From Girardia tigrina (taxonomy: Eukaryota): a stretch of DNA of 54,542 nucleotides. Below the pieces are notes generated by a model. That model searched no databases and was not told the origin of the DNA. It was given only the letters and a program-made list of their open reading frames with translations. Made by a program: the position numbers and the translations under genes. Within the stretch, counting starts at the first letter, position 1; every line of letters starts with the position of its first letter. Shown piece by piece: positions 25,497 to 37,945 of this stretch. The stretch covers positions 32,107-86,648 of the forward strand of contig MQRK01180317.1 of the NCBI GenBank assembly GCA_001938485.1, in the 5' to 3' direction.

Positions 25497-26052
25497 AATC
25501 ACTATTCCGGATATTTTTCAGTCAAATCTGAAATTTCGATTATTTTTCCCGTAGCCTTGGCTTACCCTCGCGGAATATCTGCGCTCCTAGAAATACCGCG
25601 TGAAAATCACTGCCCCATACTATGAAACTCCATTAGAGAAATTATTAATCTTTACATATCTTTTCCTTACATAACTAAATATTAATAAGCAAAGTGTTCC
25701 TGGGAACACTGAATTGTGTAAAACTCCTTCTCTAGGCGAAATAATATGAACGGTAGGCCAATTCTGTGCGTATTTTGTAGTACCAGTGGTCCTGTAATAT
25801 TCTTTTAAGGATTAGCTCTTTCTCATTGTGATGACCGCCTGGCTGAATTTTTTTTCGGTTTCGAATAATATAAAAAATATATATTTTAAATTAAAAATAA
25901 TTATAAATATATAGGTTTTTATTATTGATGTTTTAAAATAATTATGTTAAATGTAAAAAATAATGTAAAATATGTAAATGTGAATTGCGATAACTCCGCA
26001 CAGTCTTAAAATAAAATTTATTGATTTAAAAATTTGTTTCTTTAACCTATAT

Positions 26053-26576
26053 AAAAATGCATTCGGCAATTAAAATCAATTTGCACTGTATTGACACAAT
26101 AATGGCTAAAGTCGTCAAAGACGAATATTTGGAACATAATACGACATAAAAAATGGGAAGATGGGTTTATGTGAAAACGTTTGATAATGTAATTATTTTA
26201 TTTGCCGATATTGTCGGTCTTACGAAAATAGCTCCAACAAGTCCGCTTCGCATATTGTTGCGCTTCTTAATGATCTTTTCAATAGATTTGATGAATTATG
26301 TATTTGTACAAATTGTGAAAAAATCGATATTTTTTGAGATTGTTATTATTGTGAAACTGATTGTCAGGTTCCGAGATCTTACCATGATTTGTGTTGTATT
26401 GGAACGGTATTATGAATGTGTAAAATGACAATGAAAGTCAATAAAACGCACCATGAATTAGTTAATATGAGAGTTTGAGTGCACAACGGTCGAATGATTG
26501 CTCCTACCATCGGAAACAAAAAATGCCGATTTGACGTTTATTCGAATGATGATATGATAACAAATGCTTTAGAAAC
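26053..26576 (+). pseudogene. Adenylyl cyclase (class III, C1a domain, ADCY9-like) pseudo-exon
   Basis: NVIILFADIVGLTK, then a frameshift, then IVALLNDLFNRFDELC..CEKIDIF*DCYYC...HDLCCI...NMRV*VHNG...RFDVYSND...NALE. Ends at a splice donor ac|gtatgt. Confidence 0.85.
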
Positions 26577-27228
26577 GTATGTGTCTTTATATTTCTGAAA
26601 TATAAATTTTATAAAATTTATAAAATTATCTTCCTTTCATTCATGCCTCGTAGGGGGACTAACCACTGCGCTAACGCAACAATATTAGACAGCTGAAATG
26701 TGAACAAAAGGAAAATTTACCTGTCCTATGAAAATGTTTAATACTGGAAAAGATTTTCAAAATTACTTTATACAAAATCACAACTGTTCTTTCATAATGA
26801 GCAAACCAGAACTAACGAGGGTTCTAGATTAGCACAGACCTGTATCGGTGGTTGTATGAGATTACCAATTGTGTTACCTTAAATCAATTCCATAGTAAAA
26901 TATCCTGTTCACCAACGACGCTGCAAAGTTAACCATACAGTCAGCGTAGACAACATTAGGGAAACAGGAAACGTCTTGCACGTTTTTTATAAATTTTTGT
27001 ATTTAGGAAAACATGAAAAATATTCTATTTCTCAATAAAGAATCTAAAATTGAGTCTGATTTAATTTAACACTGATTTAATTCTAATTTTCTTAAAGATT
27101 GTAAATAGAAGATTTGTTTTTTTTCATTTGAAAAATTGTAAAAAATAATTATTATGATATTATTTTTAATTATAGTTATTATTACCATTATTATTATTAC
27201 AAATAAAATACAAATGGAAATCGATATA

Positions 27229-28426
27229 TTAAGTAGGGGAAAAAGTAATCCATTATTTTAATTCATATCAAACAATTTCAAATTTATGCTTTTAGTCAAG
27301 GTAACATTTTACATTTATTTCACAAAAATTTTTTGCTTTTTTTTATTCAGTTCTGAGTTACAGGGTGTTAAAAATGAAAGCCAACCAAGAAAATATTCGG
27401 TACATTTTATAGTTTTTATTCGATAAAGGCGAAAATGCAAGCCAGGCAGCTGTTATTGTGAATGGTGTTTATGGTGCCAATACTGTAACAGCTAATTACA
27501 CGCAATTTTGGTTTCCTTGATTCCGTGGAGGCATTGTTGATGTTAAAGATGCACCTCGCACAGGCAGGCATATCGTTGAAAATGTCGATAAAATCTCGGC
27601 AATGATCGAAGTTGACCGGCATGTTAGTAGTCGTAGCATCTCACAGGAGCTCAAGATCGACCATAAAACGGTTTTAAACCATTTGGGCAAAGCAGGATTC
27701 AAAAAGAAACTTGATGTTTGGGTTCCACACCAATTAACACCAAAAAACATGATGGATCGAATTTCCATCTGCGAAGCCTTGGCCAAACGAAATGAAATCG
27801 ACCCATTTCTTAAACGGATGGTTACTGGGGATGAGAAATGGGTCACATACGACAATATTGTACGAAAACGATCATGGTCAAAGCACGGTGAAGCACCTCA
27901 AACGGTCGCCAAACCAGGACTATCGGTCAGGAAGGTTCTACTGTGTATTTGGCGGGACTGGAAAGGAATCATTTATTATGAGTTGCTTCCATATGACCAA
28001 ATACTAAATTCAGATCTGTACTGTCAACAAATGGACCGTTTGAAGATAGCAATTGATGAGAAATGACCAGAATTGGCCAACAGAAGGGGTGTTGTGTTCC
28101 ATAACGAAAACACCAGACCACATACCTCTGTAGTGACTCGCCCGAAACTTAGGGAGCTTGGTTGGGAAGTTTTAATGCATCCACCATATAGTCCGGACCT
28201 GATAAGAAATTGGGATCAATAGAAGATTGTGAAAATCGATTACTGCAGTTTTTCGCCAATAAGGACCAAGACTTCTACGAGAGAGGCATTATGGAACTAC
28301 CTTAATAATGGCAACTAATTATACAACAAAACGGTGCATATGTCACTCCAAGAGGACAATCGGAAACATATAAATAAAGTTTTGAATTTAACACCAAAAT
28401 AATTGATTTCTTTTTCCCCAACCTAA
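27229..28426 (+). mobile_element. mariner (DD34D, mellifera-like), near full length, inactivated
   Basis: TA-flanked ~30-bp TIRs ttaagtaggggaaaaagtaatcc / gatttctttttccccaacctaa. Transposase starts near 27374 with WVPHQL, TGDEKW and HPPYSPDL. It has stops and a deletion after YSPDL. Confidence 0.92.
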
Positions 28427-29498
28427 TATTTTCATAAATTAGAAAAATGAAAAAATAAAATATAAAATTTTTATGTAATATTTTTTTCTGATAAATTATA
28501 ATTATTTTCTCTTTTTTTTATTTTTTATTTAAAAAGAATTACAATTAATATTAAATTGAAATTTAATTTTTAAAATTAAAATTACTTATTTACTTTAATA
28601 TTGATTTTATTTTTTTAAATACGTATTTGGTTATGTTTCCAAAAAAGATTTTTTAAATCAATAAAGTTGGATTTATTTAGTTTAAGAATTTTTAATTAAA
28701 TATTTTACCGAAAATAAAATTTTCATAAATTACTAAGTTGAATTTTCAACAACAAAAAATAAATAATTTAAAATTATTGAACTAAATTATGGTTATTAAA
28801 AAAAGTAAACGAGAAAAAGGAAAATTTGTCATTCTCTTTTTTTTTGACCGCACATATTTCTGTGAAAAACAATTTTGTTTTAATTAAACTGTTTAATCCA
28901 GCAATTTATTTTTTGTTTTAATAAGTCCATATTGCCTGAAATAATTTTGGTAAATATTTTTTTAGAAAACTAAATATTTTTTAATAATATAAACTTTTGT
29001 TAGAAATAAATAATAAAATGATTTTGAAGAATAAAATGTTGTTTTTTTCTTTTTTTACTAATTATAATTTTAATAGTAAAAAGATTCTTGATTTCACATT
29101 TTAAAATTTTCTTTTAAACTAAATAAATTTTATGTTACATAAAGTTTAATTAAAAGTTTTTTTCATAACATTCTGAGACAGATTATTTTTTTAGAAATTT
29201 CTTTTCTGTTTTATTTAACGTCTTTGATTAAACAATTTGGTGCATAAACGATTTTGATTTATTTCTTTTATTTCTTTAAGTCACCTTTAAATTCGTTTTT
29301 TAATAGTTTAGGATATACGTTTATTAATTATAAATAAAACAAAAATATATGTCATAATGTTGTAGAACGTTATACAAAATAATAAAATATACCATTTCAA
29401 GCATCATTTTATCAATTTACTAATATCACTTGATTAATTTTAAAGATATTTAAAAAATTAGTTATAATGTTACATTATAAACATAACATCCAAACTTA

Positions 29499-29748
29499 TT
29501 AGGTTGAGGAATAAATTCCCGCCGTTTTTTGAATTTTTAATCAATTTTTAATCAATTCGTTGACTGAATTCTTCGAGTCAAGACCGGGCGATTTCTACCA
29601 AAGAGGCATTGAAAAACTCGTTGAACGTTGGGAAGAAGTCGTGAACAATGGCGGAGATTATATTTATGATTAATTTGTAGTAACTTTTTTGTTAAAAAAT
29701 AAAATTTTAATTTTTCAAAAAACGGCGGGAACTTATTCCTCAACCCAA
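29499..29748 (+). mobile_element. 250-bp mariner-derived MITE
   Basis: TA|ttaggttgaggaataaattcccgccgttttttgaa ... ttcaaaaaacggcgggaacttattcctcaacccaa|TA. The interior encodes only the transposase tail FFESRPGDFYQRGIEKLVERWEEVVNNGGDYIYD*. Confidence 0.9.
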
Positions 29749-29912
29749 TATTTATTAAGTTACAAGTAAAATAGGAACAATTAACTTGGACTCTACAGAC
29801 ATGAATGTGTATATATAGTGGATTATTGCAACAATAATAATATTGTATAGTTTAATATATAAAATAATATAATATATTATTAATTACTTTCATTAACACT
29901 TAAACTAAAATA

Positions 29913-30240
29913 CAAGGTTTTTGGACAAAAAGTAGGAAATTCCTCAAAAACGCAGGTTTTTTTCACCTGGAAATAAATGCACGTTCACTTTCACAATCTG
30001 TTTATTAAAATCAATTAATAAAAAGAACAGAAAAGAAAATCAATTTTTTAGTAATCCGTCGGTCCACAATGATCATGAATTACTTGAAATTAAATATATT
30101 ACTATTGGCATGCATTCAAGAATGTTTTTGAGCAAATTCTGGCCTATTTCTTTATAAGCCTTCGAAATCGCCTCTTTGCGATCTATTTGGGAGTTTATTT
30201 TTTGAAGAAATAAATCTTAAAGGAAGCTTTCCAGGTACAC
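29913..30240 (-). mobile_element. Tc1/Tc3-like 3' fragment
   Basis: Terminus TA|caaggtttttggacaaaaagtagg. Minus strand reads KEAISKAYKEIGQNLLKNILECMP...VIHDHCGPTDY*. Confidence 0.6.
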
Positions 30241-30971
30241 TAAAGGCCACCAAAATCGGCAGGATTGCTGAGATAACTGTTCACCCAAACAAGTGAGCGC
30301 TACAATTCCTATGCAATTTTCCGGTTAATTTAACCACAGTTCTTATTTTCATTAATTTGAGCTTTCTCATATTCAGACGACTTCGATCCTTTCGGTATTG
30401 CTAGGAGGTTGTTGAGAAGAGGGAAGTCGAACAACTGATATGTATATTTTCACCCTCACCAATGATTGAAAAAACACTATAGACGCTTCGATCAAACGAA
30501 ATAAGTACACTCATATATCTGGTGTGAACAAAGGACAGTCACCGCCTCATTGCTAAGACAAATCGTTAAACTGATAAGAGTAAAGATAAACATTTGACAT
30601 TAATCAATTTTATTACAATTCCTACCAAAGATAGCACCATGGCGCAACGTCACATATATCAAGGGTACCTTAAGCAATTATAGTCAGTCTCCGCTATCTA
30701 CTGCGCTGTTTGAAAAGTTTGATAAGAATATTGATCTACAATAAGTGTCCAACTTTTTTAGTTTAAAAGTGATAAGGAAAGTATTAAACTAATGATTGCT
30801 GATCAATCAAACAGAGAAAAAATTGCAAAATGAATGTCAACTTCCTTGGAAGAAAAGAAATGCATTTGAATTTATATTTAATATTAAATAAAGTTATTAA
30901 AATATTAGTATATAAGATATTAATATTTGCGACCTGAAATTTAAAAACTGGAAAAATCAGACTTACATTAA

Positions 30972-31241
30972 CCGATGGCAGATGGTCGGTCACCGAGAGC
31001 GGCTGGATCCATCGGGCTAGAGTCTGTATCCACTCGTCTCCCGTCAGGCGCTTGAGGGTTCGAAGCATTTCTGACACCATTTTGATGTGGACAATGCCAC
31101 CGATCGATCGCATGCTAAAATACGACAACGCAATATTTGCTCGTCGATCAATAAATCTTACTATATTTCGGTGGCGTTCATATTTTCGAAGGGTCGCCAC
31201 CATACCCGCGCGCACCGTGATCCAGTCGATGAAGGATCGGG
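30972..31241 (-). mobile_element. GC-rich fragment abutting a gap, possible R2-like RT thumb
   Basis: TLRKYERHRNIVRFIDRRANIALSYFSMRSIGGIV resembles the YF...GGLG thumb region. The match is weak. Confidence 0.3.
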
Positions 31242-32237
31242 NNNNNNNNNNNNNNNNNNNNNNNNNNNNNNNNNNNNNNNNNNNNNNNNNNNNNNNNNNN
31301 NNNNNNNNNNNNNNNNNNNNNNNNNNNNNNNNNNNNNNNNNNNNNNNNNNNNNNNNNNNNNNNNNNNNNNNNNNNNNNNNNNNNNNNNNNNNNNNNNNNN
31401 NNNNNNNNNNNNNNNNNNNNNNNNNNNNNNNNNNNNNNNNNNNNNNNNNNNNNNNNNNNNNNNNNNNNNNNNNNNNNNNNNNNNNNNNNNNNNNNNNNNN
31501 NNNNNNNNNNNNNNNNNNNNNNNNNNNNNNNNNNNNNNNNNNNNNNNNNNNNNNNNNNNNNNNNNNNNNNNNNNNNNNNNNNNNNNNNNNNNNNNNNNNN
31601 NNNNNNNNNNNNNNNNNNNNNNNNNNNNNNNNNNNNNNNNNNNNNNNNNNNNNNNNNNNNNNNNNNNNNNNNNNNNNNNNNNNNNNNNNNNNNNNNNNNN
31701 NNNNNNNNNNNNNNNNNNNNNNNNNNNNNNNNNNNNNNNNNNNNNNNNNNNNNNNNNNNNNNNNNNNNNNNNNNNNNNNNNNNNNNNNNNNNNNNNNNNN
31801 NNNNNNNNNNNNNNNNNNNNNNNNNNNNNNNNNNNNNNNNNNNNNNNNNNNNNNNNNNNNNNNNNNNNNNNNNNNNNNNNNNNNNNNNNNNNNNNNNNNN
31901 NNNNNNNNNNNNNNNNNNNNNNNNNNNNNNNNNNNNNNNNNNNNNNNNNNNNNNNNNNNNNNNNNNNNNNNNNNNNNNNNNNNNNNNNNNNNNNNNNNNN
32001 NNNNNNNNNNNNNNNNNNNNNNNNNNNNNNNNNNNNNNNNNNNNNNNNNNNNNNNNNNNNNNNNNNNNNNNNNNNNNNNNNNNNNNNNNNNNNNNNNNNN
32101 NNNNNNNNNNNNNNNNNNNNNNNNNNNNNNNNNNNNNNNNNNNNNNNNNNNNNNNNNNNNNNNNNNNNNNNNNNNNNNNNNNNNNNNNNNNNNNNNNNNN
32201 NNNNNNNNNNNNNNNNNNNNNNNNNNNNNNNNNNNNN
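31242..32237. other. Assembly gap
   Basis: Run of N; ORFs spanning it are artefacts. Confidence 1.
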
Positions 32238-33845
32238 AATTTGCTACATCTAAATGCAAATAGAAAGTGGGTTTTTGCCTAGTAGGCTTTGATAATTCAG
32301 TCAAAAAATGTGGGAAGTGGGTGAAATAGATACAGAACCGCAAATATATGACAAATGATAAAAGCTTGTACACCAAAAATTTTTTTGGTATGATATTATT
32401 TTAAAATGCGCATCTGAATTTTTCAGCTTTAAAAATTTCGGGGGTCGCAAATCCAATTAAGAAATTTTTTCAAAATTAAAAATTAAAAAAATTAAAATAA
32501 ATATCACTTAAAAAACTCTTAATTGGTTGCTACTGTTGATGCGATTTAGTGAACACTACAAACGTATCTTTATTTTCAGCACGGTGCGCAGCCGAATTAA
32601 ATTAAATAATTAATCTGAAGATGATGGTTGATCCGTCTAAATAAATTGTCTCTAAATATATTTTTAAATAGTAGAATTTTGTTCTATATTAAATTATATT
32701 TTCTGTATTAATTTTCTTCAATTTTTGATCAGCTTAACAAATTACGGTATAAAACCGGAAATTTCATAAATATTTCTCGTTACTGATTTAATTCATATTG
32801 TAATAAAATTATTCAACATATCGTTTTCTGTTGTCACGCATGAAAGAATATCTTGTTTTTCATTTATTTTATTTTCTCCATATAATTTATTTTAAAAATC
32901 GAAGGCGCTCCGCATCGACTGTTTCTTTTCTCTGGTTAGAATTTCGTGGGTCTGATCTCTTTTGAAGTATTATCGGAATTAAATAATATAAGAGAATTCT
33001 TTTAGTAATCCACAAAGAGTTTTTAAGTGATCATTAATAATAACATTAAGTAGCGGGTAGAAATTTTTCTGTGTCAAAGAAATATTTGATTATATTTTCC
33101 AAAAATATTATTAATACAAATTGATTAATTCTTATTTTTCCGTTTTAACGTCTGATAATGTTGCATTCATTTGGTTTTAATTATAATCAAATAAAAATAT
33201 ATTTATTTTAGTGCTTTTAATATTTAAAACAAAAATTATATTTAAGTACTTTTAAAAATTTCAGGGGAAAAAATTTAATTAAAACATTTTTAAAAGAGAA
33301 TTGCGTGCAATATTTTCGTTTTTAAAATTATTCTATATATTGCATTGTCTTCCTCCGTAAAAGGAAGACAGAATAAAAGAACGAAGTTTTAAAATGCTTT
33401 TAATTTATTGAATAATTAATTTAGGTTTTTTTCAATTTGTTATTTAAATTTATGGAAACAAAATTAGGAAAATATTCCGGAGATTTCTTTTATATAATAT
33501 AATATAATATTATATTATTTTTATAAAAGAAATAAATCTCAAAACTAAATAAGTTATGAGTTGAAATCTCTTGTAAAAAAAGAAACAAATATATAAATAA
33601 ACGTAAATAAATAATAGTCAGTTAAAAAAACTGTATTAACTTTTTAAAATTTATATTAAATTTAATTTAAATTTATATTATGGGTAATATTGATAAATCA
33701 TTATTGCAATATATATAATTTTAATAATACAATTTGAATTTTAATATAATTCTATTTTATATAATTACAATAAATTACTGTATTGATTTGTAGTGTAGAA
33801 AGTACACTACAGTTATATTATATTATATTATATTATATTACATTA

Positions 33846-34560
33846 CGTGGTGCGATCCATAAGTCCTTAGACTCCACAAGAAAGCAAAGTTCAATCAACT
33901 TTATTTTTTCAAAATCAGTACATGACATCAAAGTAAATCATTTCTCAATGTATGAGCTGTGTACATCACTTGTGCCAGCGAGCAACAAGCTCAGAGAACG
34001 CATTTTTGTAAAAATACGGAGGCAAAGAATTAAGAATATCAAGGACTTTCTCCTTGAGGACATCAACTGAATGAAAGTGAACACCTTTCAAATGGTTCTT
34101 TAGGTGTTTAAACAACGCAAAATCACTTGGGGCTAGGTCATGGCTATAGGGGGGGGTGGGAAACCAACTGAAAGCCACAGTCATCAACAGCAGTCAAAGT
34201 TGCTCGCAAAGTGTAAATGGGTGCATTGTCTTGAAGGAGCCACAATGGGATCCCTCTTGGCTTCCTACGAGACTTTCTCACATCGCGAAGTAATTCAACA
34301 TAATACTCACTTTTCATTGTCAATCCTTTCTCAAGAAAATCAATTTTAATAATGCCATGGAATACAAGAACACAGTCAGCATTGCTGCTCGCTTGTGCGA
34401 GGTGCCGCTTCGAAGTTTTTGGGGAGCACTTTCACAGGGGAAGCACCACTCAGAAAATTGACGCTTGTTTCAGACTTCCTCATGACGTAAAAATGCCTTC
34501 CAGAAATTTAAATATTCTCGCCCACCAAATTTTAATTCAAATAGCCTAAACAAGCTGCCG
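33846..34560 (-). mobile_element. mariner 3' half
   Basis: Terminus TA|cgtggtgcgatccataagtcc. Minus strand reads LLQDNAP and PPYSHDLAPSDFALFKHLKNHLKG...ELVARW. Confidence 0.85.
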
Positions 34561-35577
34561 CTCAAATTCCAAAAGTGTGTCGATAACATTGGTGCATACT
34601 TTGATGAATGACATAAATATTTGTTAATTATCAACAGGTTGACTTAATTATTTCAAATTTCCTACTTAACGGCCTAATATTAGTGTGTAATTTAGAGCAA
34701 TTTTTAATTAAAAATTTAAGTCAAATTATGTTTGGAAAACATTATTTACAATTATCAAACACAAAATAACTTTGACGATTTCATGTTTCAATTAGTTAAC
34801 ATTATTTCAATAATTCATGAAGCAGATCAAAATATTAAAATGACAAAAAGTACAAATGTCTTTTATAGTACCAAAATTTTTTTTCCCAAACAAAAAAATC
34901 AGCATGATATCCTTCTGTTTTATGATATAAAAGTATAAACTGTATTAATTGTATAATTTAAATAATAATAAGCATGAAAAAGCAAGGCTTCGCTATCTAC
35001 TAGATTCAAAAGACTTATGTTTCGACCCTTTATGATTATTAAAAGGTATTTATGGTTTTTAAGAACAATGACACAATTATTTTAACAACATCTGGGAAGA
35101 TAACATTTAGATGGTGGAATTATACTTATATATTTTTTGGTTTTGATAATCATGATTAATCGAAAATATTTTCTTGATTTCTTAATTTTCAAATATTTGA
35201 ATTGAGTTATTTATTTTACATTTTTTATTTAACTAAAAAAATGTATTTTTCATTTAAAATATTTATTGTATTTCATAATAGAGAAATTTTTAAAAAAATT
35301 CTCTTTAAATTTTAACAATCAAAATTAGTTTTATATAACTTTTTTAATACAATTTATTAAAAATATACAAATTTTAATATTTTATAATTTTTGGTTTTTA
35401 ATTATGAAATTTTCGAGTAAACCAAATTTAATAATTTTGAAGATATTATTTATATATAAAGTTTTGCATACTTATTTCATAAATTGAAATGTTATCAGAT
35501 TATTAATTACATTACCTTTTGAAAATCTTAATTATGTTCGAATAATCAGTTAACGCGAATTTAATAACACACCAACT

Positions 35578-35661
35578 TTCAACTGGGTGAGAGAATCACC
35601 ACTCTAAGTCCAGCACACTAAAATCAACATACCACATACATACACATTTTAAACATTCCTA
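35578..35661 (-). repeat. PLE-associated dispersed repeat copy
   Basis: ctgggtgagagaatcaccactctaa...aatcaacatac. Confidence 0.65.
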
Positions 35662-36591
35662 CAAATGGTTTACAAAATTTATTTTCAACAGATCATTGCA
35701 AAATAAAGCTAATTTTAAACTATCATAGTACTTCAAATAGAAAATAAATAAATAAATTTAAGGTGGACTCTATCACTGAAAAGTTGACATAATAAAATTG
35801 GAAATAATACAAAAGTTTTAATTTTGTTAAAGAAATTCGGGTCCTAGAAACGTTTTACGGAAGCCTTAAAAATACCCCACAGAACACTTACTGAAGAGGA
35901 CTGCTCTATTCCATTTATTATCATTATCGAAAAGGCGATTTCGAGTTATGAAGATGTAAAATTGATAATAATAAGATGTAGATCATTAGAAAATTACAAG
36001 GGAAAAAATGAAAAGCTATGAAACAGGACTGAAAAAATAAAAAATATGTAGTAAGATTACTATTAATAGTCTGTTTAAATATTCGAAAATAACCATGGAA
36101 TTGTCAGACCATGGGACACAAGATCACAAGTGATCCCTCTAATGGTGGATCACATTATTAAGGAGTTACAAAAAGACAATAGACGGCGTGGAATATGTTT
36201 TTAGTGAAACATTGTGTAATCATTTTCAATATTAAAATATTTTAAATTTTTTATTAAATTAATCAAACATTTTGTTGATAGAATTTAATTTCCATCCGTT
36301 TTTATGGAGTCAGCAGTGACTGTAAAATTCAGATATTCTCAAATGATGGAATGAGCTCATAAGTAAATTCATCTCATTCAATAATTAAAGAGAGGCCCAT
36401 ATATAACTTACATTAAATTATTAAATTTTAACACCGTTTTTCAGATTTGACAAATAGTTTACGCAAAAATACTTGAAATTTAAAAAAAATTTTTATGAAT
36501 GTCATTATAAAATGATATCATTATGCTATTACTAAATTATATAAATATTTTTAATAAAGTTGAGATTATGGTGTTTGTGCTTTGATTTTAG

Positions 36592-36662
36592 GATCTAAAG
36601 ATCATTTTATCTGTAGAACGCCTTTATACAGATCAACCTCCAAAGAAATAAAAACAATTTTT
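36592..36662 (+). CDS. Candidate downstream exon of the same gene
   Basis: Acceptor tttgattttag and possible donor gttagt. The offset-2 frame reads SKDHFICRTPLYRSTSKEIKTIF; the phase-0 frame reads DLKIILSVERLYTDQPPKK*. No independent support. Confidence 0.3.
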
Positions 36663-37945
36663 GTTAGTAATAGTTATTTGTTTTCATGATTTACATCATT
36701 ACCTTTTATTTAATTATTATATTTTAGAATTTTAAAATTATTAGATAAATTAATAATCATTTATAAAATTTGTTGATATTATATAATTCAGGACAACATT
36801 TATAAATGTCAATTATTTTTTTTATTAATTATTCATAATTATGTAAATTAATAATACAATATTTTTGTAATAATAATAATTTAATAATTTAGATATCAAA
36901 ATTTTTATATTTTTTTTAATTTTTGTCATTTCTAAATAAATTTGAAATTACTATTTTTTAATATACGACTTTATCTTGAAATATTTTAATTTTTTATTTT
37001 ACATAAAAAACAATGACAAATCTTTCAAATAATCAGAAGCGCCATTTGAGTTTGAAAAATCTAAGAATTTAAAAATTTCCTTATTTTCGTGATTTTTTAT
37101 TTATTTATTCAAAGAAAATATTTTTTAAGGTTATTGTTAGGGATGAACTATAAATTCTTGATATTTTTAAATTAAAAATCATAATTATATTTGAAATTAA
37201 TTAAAAAATAAAGTTTGCAAATTATGACTGAAGTTTAATCACGAACCCAATAGTTATATTTTAATTTTACATTAAAACAAACATTTTATTTCTTTTGATT
37301 ATTTATATTTCTTTTAAATAAAGATTTAATTTTCAGATCCTTTTTTTAATTTTTTTAAAATTTATTTAATTAATTTCAATTGTGTCTGTCCTTTTAATTT
37401 CAAAAATCTCTTTTTTAAAATTATTTCTTTTTAAAGTAAATAAATGTAAATGAAACATAAAATGAAAGAAAAGAGATGTATGTTTTTTCTATTCAATTAA
37501 TTAACAACATTCGCGAGGTGCTTACGGCTACCTAATTAATGAGGAACAAAATGTTAATGGACATTTAGTTTATGGGATAAACAATTTGTTTCCTCAGCAA
37601 TTTCCCGTGTTTGTCAAGTCAAATTGTGAGTTATGTATTTTCTGTTTTGTATTCAATAAATTAATGTCGAGGCTAATGTCGTCGTAATGTTACAGAAATT
37701 TCAATTAGCTCTTCAATCTATGAATTTTTTTACTCCCGACTGCGTCAGGTTTTCTTTTTGTCTTTTTTCAGTAACTGATTTATTATATGGTATTTTTCGT
37801 ATTTCTTAACGAGAAATTACAATAATGTATATAATACAACGCATTTCTAGATTACAATCCCATAATAAGGTTAATCCACACAATCTAATAAACTTAATAC
37901 ATAAAACGAGATTTCACAAAACTATGACTATTAAGAAATTTAATA

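Larger units (their letters stand above)
23975..25612. mobile_element. Non-autonomous hAT element (outer)
   Basis: Ends tagtgtttttcaa / gtgaaaatcactg. 8-bp TSD ccctatac (23967-23974) versus ccccatac (25613-25620), 7 of 8 identical. Confidence 0.7.

Noticed and set aside
26330-26480. TGA-to-Gly recoding (alternative genetic code)
   Set aside because: The fragment also has a frameshift, and the intact PDZ exons and transposase use GGN for Gly with no in-frame TGA. Mutation in a pseudogene is simpler.
26645-26680. tRNA-like A box on the minus strand (gttgcgttagcgcagtggttag)
   Set aside because: No B box or cloverleaf follows; at most a truncated SINE head.
30784-32376. Long ORFs of 388-530 aa
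   Set aside because: Artefacts of translating through Ns.
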